DNA of 32,472 nt from Intoshia linei (lineage: Eukaryota > Animalia > Orthonectida): NCBI GenBank assembly GCA_001642005.1, contig LWCA01000319.1, forward strand, positions 1 to 32,472. Reading direction: 5' to 3'. Shown one piece after another: positions 10,881 to 20,661 of this stretch. A model generated the notes under the pieces. It searched no databases. It was not told the DNA's origin and worked only from the letters and a program-made list of their open reading frames with translations. The position numbers and the translations under genes are program-made. How positions within the stretch are numbered: the first letter of the stretch is position 1; every line of letters starts with the position of its first letter.

Positions 10881-12537
10881 CTATTGACAATACAAAGCTT
10901 GGCTAGCATTTGATGCATTGCTGCGGCCAAGTTTTTGGCATATAAATTGACCACATAGCGCCAATTTTTTTATATCGATTTCCTAAATTTACTAATTAAA
11001 AGATGAATGCTTTTAAACTGTTTCAATGCCCATTCCGTGCAACATGTAAATCAAGTCTTCTGTCGGCAAGTTACCTGAAGCTCCAGGTGCATAGGGGCAT
11101 CCTCCTAGTCCGGCAACAGATCCATCAAAAGTGTTTATTCCGTACTATAATTGTGTTGTTATGTTTAGTTTTAATTCTTACACTTAATGCCACGAATGCA
11201 TTGACAATTCCTTGACCAAATGTGTTATGAAAATGAGCCGCCATCTTGCTAATATCAATTCCCAATTCCAAGTGTTGGTTCAATAGATTTGTTATTTTGT
11301 TTGGTGTCGCTGAACCGATTGTATCACCCAGAGCAACTTGACTACATCCCATATCTAATAAAAGTTTTGATATCTAATCTGGTAATATACATAACATTAA
11401 AGGTTCCATTTACTTGGGCAACTTTTTTCGGCTCAATAAATCCCTCATATGGGCAATTTACAATGCAGGAAACGTACCTTTATAAAAAGTTTATCATTAG
11501 TTTAAAAGGTTACTACCATACCCTCTAACGTTTATTTTGTTATCTAATGCAGTTTTTATTATCCGTTCCAAGTTTTTCATATTTTTAATTATCGATGTAT
11601 TGATATTTTCTCTAAAATTTCAATTACCAAATTTAAACTCAAAAAATTACCTACAAAAGGTTTCGGATGCAGTTGAAAATACGCTTATATTTTTAACGTT
11701 ACATTCCATCTATAAATCAGTACATAATCAATGACAATATACAATACATCAGTGTTTAACGTTTCTTAAGTGTCACCCAGGTACACCCTGCGTGAGTAAA
11801 AAAATCATTTTGGAATTGTTTAAAGATACAAAATACTATATTATCTCACGTAATCCACTTTGCCAATAACCTCTGGGTAGGAAAACTACCCCTTAGATGT
11901 CGTACTTAGAAAATTGTACATAACTGGAAACATTTTATTTTCTAATTTTCAGACTAACCAAAATTAGGCAAACTAAACATTCATAGAGGTCACGGTTGTG
12001 GGTGGCCTCTATACAGGCCATTTATTACTAATTAATATTTAAACCACTGCCATGTATTTAAAATTACAAATGAATTACAGCTGTTTCTAATCCAGTTTGG
12101 TTGGGAGTCAAACAAAAATAATTTACATCGGGCTTTTTGTTAATGCAGGTGAAAACATTTTTTGAGTCTGCCATCTCAAAATGTAAATAAAAAGTGTTTA
12201 TTAAATTCAAACTTGAGGCACCCATTTCTTTGAAACAAAACTGCCAACCTCGATAGATTTTATTCCAGCATTAGTTAGCATGTTTATAAAATCTATTTTC
12301 GATTCAGGTGTTAAAATTTTCTAAATTGTAGTTGACTAATAATTTAAATAAATGAATACTTTTTCATTTTGTAGTCCATCGCGAGGTGAAACTTCCATAA
12401 TATTGACGTGTTTTGGAAGTTTTATTTTCTATTACGGATTATAATTGAATGAATTATACAAAAATTTTTAGACATACTTTATAACTTCCAAGTGATTGTA
12501 AATTTCTTAGGAGTTGCAAGTTACGATTAATCAACAT
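10881..12537 (-). CDS. HMGCL: Hydroxymethylglutaryl-CoA lyase, mitochondrial, spliced (about 10 exons)
   Basis: The spliced product has a presequence-like start ([16 protein letters not shown]), then [74 protein letters not shown] and [37 protein letters not shown], ending ALYCQ*. Confidence 0.95.
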
Positions 12538-13004
12538 TATTATATTTATATCAAAGTAAAAGTCAATTCATTTAAAGTTGAAAATCTTCAATGTTTTATT
12601 ATGATACATTTTATTCTTCTGAATAGTATCTAATCCAAAAATACTTAAATAATATGATTATTTGATATCAAATAATCAAAATAGAATGTAATATGAATTT
12701 TATCATTACGGTGGAGATTAAGTAAATACAATCTAAAGTTAGATGCTTAGACTGATCTGCAATGTGCAGAATGCGTATTTCGTATTTTGCGTATTTTTAA
12801 AAAATAAAATGTATAACTTAACACGGAGAACAATATTATAAAGTCGGTACCACGTTTAAAAGCTCAAACGCCAATTTCAGTTAAAATAAAGTTAAGTTTT
12901 AATTTTGTAATATATAATATATATATAGAAAACTTTAAATGGTCAGGCTATCTTCAATATTCCTTGATTTAAATTTATGATAATGTGTATAATTTTAAAA
13001 TCCG

Positions 13005-13200
13005 CATCAGCGTATATATTTTTTTAAATTCTCCAACTCATTTGATTTTCAAAAAGAGGGATAACTGGGGTTTTTACAAAATTACCCGTAAGATATGAAA
13101 TTGGGAGGTTGGAATTTATCTTATTAAACGTCTCGGAAAAAACTGTAATTGAAATGGGGTCTTTAAAAAATTCTAAGAATAGTAGTTATTTCAATAAAGT
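13005..13200 (+). repeat. Dispersed repeat, second copy of the sequence inside the 8423-8965 element
   Basis: atcag.gt.tatatttttttaaattctc.aac.catttgatttt.aaaaa...taagat.tga..ttgggag...tagttatt..aataaa aligns by eye with 8592-8777. Confidence 0.8.
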
Positions 13201-13842
13201 GGAAATCGCGTAGCATATTATATAAGTTAGGAATCCTAACTTAGGATATACATTTATTGAGATGCTATTATGGTTATTAATAACAAAAAATAGTACGAAT
13301 TGAGTACGAATTAAATATGGTCGCACTATAATTAAATAATATTTAATTTTAGTTGATAATCAACTAATATTTTTCAAATTTTTGAATTAAATTAAAAATG
13401 AAAATTTAAATATTACTCCTAAAATTTCAAAGAAAGTGTAAATTGACATATTTTACTTGAAATACACTTTTTATTTACAAACATAAATTGTAATACAAAC
13501 ATGTTTGCTATTGGACCAAAATAAAAAATATGCAATTTTATGTGTAGTACAATGTACATATCTTCCGATAAATGATTGAAAATGTTACGCATGACTAATA
13601 TTGAATGTAATGACATAACATGTCCAAATTTGAAATTCAGCGTTACAATATTTTAAGAAACAAATTCATAAAATAAAATCGACATGAATTACCATAATAC
13701 ATTACATTGTACTAATAATGTACAAATAAATTGACAAATTACACAAAAAATTGCATACCAACAAGTAAATAAACATGCGTTTGTTTAGTTGTTTAGAGAT
13801 TTAATTTCTCAAATTTTAAATAATTAAAAAATTTATTGAAAA

Positions 13843-15745
13843 ATGATTTCAAATAAAGATAAAGTAATTTATTTTTGAAACATAACATATTTATTATTAG
13901 TTGCACGATCAAAGATATTACATTGGCGATTTTGTCTACATTGAACAATCCCCAACATCCCCATTTGACATTTGTAAAATTGATGAATTAATTAGATCTG
14001 AAACTGGATCAATTGATGTTAAAGTGCAAATGTACTTTAGAAAACGAGACATAGCAAACCAAGTACTTCAAGCAGCAGAAAAGCAATTGTTTAATGTCGA
14101 AGAATATTGTTCTCAAACAAATAGTATATTGACTGCTTCCGAAAAACACATGCTGACTCATCGCGAAATTTTTCAAACTCGTATAACTTCACTGTTTCCA
14201 GCAAACATTATCCGTGGAAAATGTTCAGTTACCTTGTTTTGTGATATAATGGATCCCTGTTACTATTTAAAACATGAACATTTATTTTTCTACGAATTTG
14301 TTTACGATGAACAATTGAAAAATTTTACGTCAGATCGATCAAGTATTCGAGTTGGGCCAAAATATCAAGTTAATATGGATTTACACGAATGTAAATCTGA
14401 TGATAAAATTGAAGCTAGATTGATGTGGACAGAAAACAGCATTTGTTCCAAAACGGAGGTTGAAAGTTTTTTGACTACTATTAAATCTATTGGTACTTAT
14501 GCGAGAGCATTGAATGTAAAAAGTAGCGTTAGACACGGTAGTTTGAAAAATTCTGCTTCAGCTGCTGCTCGTGATATCACAATTCAAAAAGGTTTAGATA
14601 TTTTGCATGAAAATAATTATTCGTTTAACGAGAGTTTGTTGCATTTGATTCCAAAGAATAAGCCTAGTTTTTTTCAGGATGAATTTGAAGGATGGTCCAT
14701 AAGTGAATGCAATGCTTTTGAAACCGCCATGAATAAGGTTGGCAAGGATTTTTATGAAATTCAAAGGGAGCATTTACCTTGGAAAAGTGTTAAAAATATC
14801 ATTGAATATTATTACATGTGGAAAACTTCGGATCGATACATTTTTCAGCGTTGCTCTAAAGCAGTTGAAAAGGAAAACCAATTAAAGGAAGTTTTTATAC
14901 CTGATGTTAACAGACCTAACCCTTCTCTCATTATTATGGGTTTGAATCGGTCGACTGATGTAGACGTAGATGTTCCAGATTGTTGTAGTTGCCATACATC
15001 ACAATCTTCTCAGTGGTATGTTTTTGGACCCACTCATACAAAAGCCAGAGTTTGCTTACCTTGTTGGACATATTGGCGTAGATGTGGTGGTTTAGTTAAT
15101 CCGTCTAGATTGGAAAAACAGGGCAATATGTATCAATCTCGATTCTTTTATAAATGCACTGCACCCGATTGCTTTGAAGAGTTTAGATCTCAGGTTACAT
15201 TGGTTGAACATCAATCTCAACAACATGGCATTTCTTTTATGGATATTGCTGCTTTAACTGAAAAAAACAAACCAAGCAATTATTTGTGCAAGGATGTATA
15301 TTCTAGACGTGGAAATTTCTTAATGCAACCTTTTGAATGGATTAAAAATGTTAGAAAACATTCTCGTCATTTGTTAAAAACTGTAGCTCGGATAAATGTT
15401 GATAGAAATAGTTCAAAATTTTCCACTTTGAAAAATTTGTCAGATTATTTGATTAATCTTAACCATTCTTTAAATCCAAAACTCAACACAATTGAAAAAA
15501 AAGCTCATTATGCTAGTTTAAACGTAGATATGAGTGTTTTTTACCGAAAATCCATTAGTAAATCACGTATTGTTTTAAAAAGGGTTAATTTAAAATGCCT
15601 TTCTCCCAATCGATGTAGTGTTTACGCTCCAAACAATAACATTTGTTTTAAATCCACCTTCAAAGAAAAGCTTATACGAAAAAACATTGAAAAGAAACTA
15701 CTCATACGTCTTGCTCGATCCCCCAATAAACGAACATTCAACTAA
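13843..15745 (+). CDS. MTA1: Metastasis-associated protein (MTA1/2/3 family, NuRD subunit)
   Basis: A short exon 13843-13863 (MISNKDK), a 37-nt intron, then one long exon 13901-15745. Domains: BAH (YYIGDFVYIE...IIRGKCSVTL), ELM2 (IRVGPKYQ...SAAARDIT), SANT (WSISECNAFETAMNKVGKDF...LPWKSVKNIIEYYYMWKTSDRY), GATA-type zinc finger (CCSC...CLPCWTYWRRCGGL) and an extra C2H2 finger. Confidence 0.95.
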
Positions 15746-16111
15746 CCCAGTTGTAAATTTATTGTAATATATACTAGTCTGAATAAATTTTAATTTTTCA
15801 TCAATGATATCATGGGAAATTAAATTTGTCAATCTTTGTTATTAAATAATCGGTTATTAAATCAGCCTCATTCGAAATTAATGAATTGACGTGTTTTTGG
15901 AATAAGCCTTATTTTAATAATTTTAACTTTTAATATTGATTTGACAACTGTTTCATTGAATGACAGATCTAAATTTTGGCGTATATCAACAAAGAAGATG
16001 TATTATCAATGTTCCCAATTTGTAGATTAAAATTGTAATATCGATTAAACATTAGTCAGTCTACTGGGAATTTTAGAGATTTGAATTAGAAATCAAAATT
16101 TATATTTTGCA

Positions 16112-17350
16112 ATGTCGGAATTTTTGTTTCGTCTCATGATTGATTTTGGGGTAAATAATTTTTGTTAGTTTACGCCTTTCATGATAATTTTTAGAATATA
16201 GTCAATTTGAACAAGTTCAATTTCGATCGAGAGGTTAGTTAAAAAACAAATGGTTCAAAGATATTATTTAGAATGCACAAGCCAATGTTCAGCATTATTG
16301 TGAAAATGATTTTATTCTTACAGTTTTTGGAAATAAAAATAATCTAACCACTATTTCAACAATTATCAACTACATTAGTGTATTAATGTTATTTGATTTA
16401 ATTTTTTAATTACTTTTTAGTCGCATAATCCGGTTTTACGATTATTACTACACGAATCACAAGTAGGAGTATTAATTGGAGTAAATGGTTCAAATATTTC
16501 TCAAATTCGAGAGGTGAAAAGTACAATCTTAAACAAAATTTTTAAATTTGAATTATAATGACAACTTTTAGAAATATGAAATAAAAATATACATATCAAA
16601 CAAATACACTAACAATTCGCTGGAACGAATTGTTTTAATGTCTGGATCACCTACAAAATTAAAAGACTGTTTTTTTCATGTTATTAGCACCACTCTCCAA
16701 GTAATTTATATAAATTCAAATTAATTGAATTTAGTGTTCAAATCAATCGATATTTGCAGAGTAATTAATATTAATTCTTATATATACATTCTTAGACACT
16801 ACAGTACCCTCATTTCCTATATAAAATCTTCTTTTATCGATGATCAATCTCATGTAAACGCTAATTATCAAAATGTATACTATATTCGATACTATATTTT
16901 TAGACTAGTGGAAATTCGATAAATGATCCTGCTGGTTTTTATGCTAAAATGAACGAATATTCATTGGGTATTTGATTATTTACAGTGTTTCGATAAATTT
17001 AATTTTTTTAATTAACATTTGTAATTTATAAATAATAGATTTTACAGCGTATAAATCTTACGAAATGAAATGTTTTCATATCAACAATAATATTATTGGT
17101 ACAATAATTGGCGTGAAAGGTAGCACAATTTCTTCCATTAGGTTTGATTTTATAGATTATGGTTTAATTGAATTTTGTTTTTAGAAAACTTACAAATGCA
17201 AATATAAAAATTTCCGCTTCCGACAAGTATTGCGACTTTAGAAAAATTATTGTTTCCGGTTCTTCTAAAAGTGTGTATGACGCTATAGCCTTAATGAAAA
17301 ATTCCATTACTAGGAATATCGACAATATTTTACTTCAAAATATAATTTAA
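16112..17350 (+). CDS. KH-domain RNA-binding protein, hnRNP K / poly(C)-binding protein-like, spliced (about 10 short exons)
   Basis: The spliced product contains VLRLLLHESQVGVLIGVNGSNISQIRE...NSLERIVLMSG (compare hnRNP K KH2, LRLLIHQSLAGGIIGVKG). It also contains IIGTIIGVKGSTISSIRKLTNANIKIS...RKIIVSGS..VYDAIALMKNSI (KH3-like). The middle exons are less certain. Confidence 0.8.
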
Positions 17351-17419
17351 AGCATTTTTCTTGGTGTATTTCTTCAAAGTATATTTTTATTTTACCAATA
17401 AAAATTAAAAATTAAAAAT

Positions 17420-17905
17420 TTGTGTCTATGTATCTCTGTTATGGTTTAATTCAAAAATTAAAAATTCTGTAATTTCAAAAATTTATATTAGTTTTTTGAG
17501 TGTAAGATTTTATCGTAAATTTTGTTTTCAGAAATTGGATACTTCAGGGTTAAAAACCTAAATTACTCTTCTTTTCTTTTTTAATAAAATGAGTCTTAGA
17601 ATTATAAAAAAATTTAAATTCTAGGACGCGTGTAAAAATCATTAAAATTGTCTTACATTTCACTCTCAAAAATGTACATCTTCATGGTAAAACCATCAAA
17701 TTACCTTCATTTTAAAAATTAAAAAAGTCCTAAAATTTTATAAAACATAAATTATATAATAGTTTTTAAAACCATGAGCATTATCGTGAACAAAATCTCA
17801 AAAACGTGCAGTTTTACGATGAAAATCCCAGATTACTCTTTTGTTAAAAAATTAAAAAAAATTACATTATTATTTATACAATTATCGTGTTGTGTGAAGT
17901 CTAGT
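17420..17905 (+). mobile_element. Dispersed non-autonomous repeat, possibly Helitron-like
   Basis: Begins with gtgtctatgtatctctgt and ends gtgaagtCTAG|T at 17901-17905. 17590-17790 is homologous to 26905-27205 (shared tagtttttaaaa..atgagcattatc and tcttagaatt..aaaaa...aaattcta). The 3' hairpin is not clear, so the superfamily is tentative. Confidence 0.5.
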
Positions 17906-17974
17906 CAATAGGAATATTGTTATTAAAAATTAGAACCCTACACGTGTAAATCCTTTCTGATTCTTTCCCTCAAG

Positions 17975-18187
17975 CAGGGCCGTGTAAATCCAGCAGTATG
18001 CCCCTATAAAAAATTTTTAAATTGGGAAATCTATACATTATTTAATCCATCGTTTATTGCCTCAAAATTGAAAATAACAGTTACAAATCGCATTGAACAT
18101 TTCGACATATTTAAGAAATTAAAAAATTAGGCCCCTCATGATTGTAGTGCCAGGCCATATGATACTAGTCACCTTTCCACGGTCCTG
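17975..18187. mobile_element. Short TIR element (MITE)
   Basis: Inverted ends cagggccgtg and cacggtcctg. No clear TSD. Confidence 0.55.
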
Positions 18188-18777
18188 TACACACATACCC
18201 GTCAAATGTTTCTTTAAATGTCCGTACCTATAAATGTTTTTTGTAAATAAAAAAAAATTAAAAATAAATAATTGTAAGACACATTAGTTTGCTCATTAAA
18301 TTTTCGACATGAAATGTATTCAGACTGAATCAGTGCCGATACAAAAATGACATTTAAATTAAATATTTCTCAGTTATTAACTATAGACCATTTTTCAAAA
18401 ATTTAATAATATTTAGTTGCACCTGGTCAAGGGATTTTCAAAATTACAAAATTGAAGGGACCCGTCAAATTTTCATCTCATAATATAATTAATAATTATC
18501 ATTTTCCATTATAATCGATTATGTCACAAATATTAGATAAAAAATATTATTTTGTCGTTAATTTAATGTATAATTAAGTAATTTTAATTTATACCCTAAA
18601 TTGCAAAGGATTAATTATAATTATAATAAAAAATCGAATTGCAATAATATTTCGTCGATAAATCCATATATTAAAAAATGTATTCAAATAATAATTATTA
18701 AATTACAATAACTTCAAAATAGAAAAAGAATTCATCCATCACTCGGAAACAGAAAAGACGTATTTGTCATTCTAGCT

Positions 18778-19066
18778 CAGTGTTCTCAACGATGGAAAAA
18801 TAGCCCCAAGGGGATAATTTTTATATTTTATTTCACAAAATACATAATCTAAAAATTTATTTAAACATATAAATATTTTGTATCTCTATTTGTAATCTAT
18901 AAAAAAAGTTAATAAATTATAGATTTGTCAAAAAATTACCATAATAATCTTAATAGCATTATCTAAAAGTTAATTTATATATTAATTAATCGATATTTAA
19001 AATAACATTTTTTATAAAATATACAAAACGTCATATTTATTTGCGATGCGCGGATTAAAATCACTG
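18778..19066. mobile_element. Decayed hAT MITE
   Basis: Ends cagtgttctcaac and aaaatcactg. Flanks ttctagct / gtctaaaa share the TCTA core of the Charlie target site. Confidence 0.55.
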
Positions 19067-19784
19067 GTCTAAAATAAAAAAGTAAAGTTACAGTTTTTTG
19101 AAGAAAATTATTGGATCTATGGGTCGATTCTTTAAAAAATTGGGTAACAGTAACAACTTTTTTATGAATTGTGGAGAGAACGATTTTAAAAAAATATGTG
19201 TGAATTATGGGCTTAGGTGTGTGTACAGATTTTCAAACTACAAAATATGTACTTTTCGAAATGAATAGAAAGTTCTAACATTTTGAAATTTTCAATTATA
19301 TGAAATTACCCTTTTCGTATTTTCGTCATATTTTTCATTTAAAAACCCCTTTCATATTTTTAAAAAATTTACAATACATTTATGTACGTTTCGTTTGAAA
19401 ATTTACTTATTTCATGAATACGTGTATACGTAAAATGTGAAATTTGCTATTTTATCATTATATCTTTGAGGAATTGATGCAATATGATAAAATATATAAA
19501 AAGATAAAAATTTAATCATTCTAATTATTACAAAATTAATGTAAAAAATCCTTTATACAAAGGGTGGAATAGATAAATTTCATGAAATTAAATTTGTATG
19601 TATATGTGTAATGTATTCTTCAAATGGTTAAAAAGTAGAGGTTGAAATTATGGGCACAACACAACACAATACTCAAGCTCAAAAAAAATTTACTCAATAC
19701 TCCACACAATATTCAAGTTCAAAAATTGAATAAAGACTAATAACTAAAAGACCTTCATAATCAAATTTATTTTTCTATTTATAG

Positions 19785-20011
19785 TAGTGGCTGTAAATAA
19801 AGAAAATGATATATATACTGCAAATGTAGTAGTACCCAATGAAAAAATCAATTTGAAAAAGAAATTGACTGATTTTGTTGTACCAATTGAAATGATTGAA
19901 AAATTGACAGGATTTGTATTTTTACCTAAATTAAAACAATTAAATTTAAAAAATCTTTATACGGACAATATCCGAAAATGTAAATTACCTTTAACATGGC
20001 AAGAAATGTAA
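19785..20011 (+). CDS. Isolated terminal exon of an EXOG/Endonuclease G-like nuclease; upstream exons not found
   Basis: After the acceptor tttatag: VAVNKENDIYTANVVVPNEKINLKKKLTDFVVPIEMIEKLTGFVFLPKL...KCKLPLTWQEM*. This matches the C-terminus of the EndoG/EXOG nuclease domain (FVVPNE..L.EFQV.L.DLEKLSGLVFFP.L...CKLL). It could be a pseudogenic fragment. Confidence 0.7.
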
Positions 20012-20661
20012 CAATTTGTATTATTGCGTACTTTTTAGAATTAGATAATTTAATTAATCAATTGTTGTTAATTAGGGGGTTTCATTTTTATTTATTCTAT
20101 TATTTTAGAAAAAAAATAAACAAAATCCAAAGGTTCATGAGAAAAATAATAATTAACGTTGTAATTCCATATTGTAATAAATTTTTTATTGCATAATCCA
20201 AGGTTAAAAAACTATCAGACTCAATTGGAAAGATTTAACAAATCAACCATTTATAGCATAGTTTCTTAACAGGGAATGCTAGCACTGACTGTGGACGATA
20301 GAATTAATTTCGTCATGCTAGAAAGCTCATTTTATTTTTTATATTTTGACTCAAAAATTTCATAAAAAAATGAAATTAATATTTTCAAATTGGAACATAA
20401 TTTATTTTTTACTTTATCTCTCAAATAAGTATTATTTATATTTTTAAATTACGTAATAAATTTATATATTATAGTATGATAAATTTAGGCTTTTTTATAA
20501 AATGGGACGTCGACACTAGGGGTGTCCAATATTTTTTATAAAAAAGTACACCCTACCACCCAATGAGAATTTGAAATACCTTCGATTTGATAAGATTCGA
20601 TAAAAACAAAAAATAATTTAAAAATATTTATATATTTACACTTTATTACAGATTTTATAAA

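Noticed and set aside
5436-11734. Short ORFs in the track such as 5436-5630, 5823-6011, 7331-7624, 7665-7877, 9608-9796, 11003-11215, 11289-11528 and 11537-11734
   Set aside because: They are antisense or alternate-frame shadows of PRCC, DNAJC10 and HMGCL exons, with no recognisable motifs.
13419-13616. 65-aa minus-strand ORF upstream of MTA
   Set aside because: AT-biased composition, no motif and no convincing splice partners. Probably promoter or intergenic DNA.
18417-18465. Possible EXOG catalytic exon (CTWSRDF, resembling WSRGH)
   Set aside because: The catalytic GH and the following MAPA motif are absent. Likely chance.
20278-20322. Hairpin ctagca...gacga...tcgtc.tgctag as a SECIS element or H/ACA snoRNA
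   Set aside because: It lacks the 3' GA of the SECIS quartet and a proper H or ACA box. No in-frame Sec TGA was seen in the adjacent genes.
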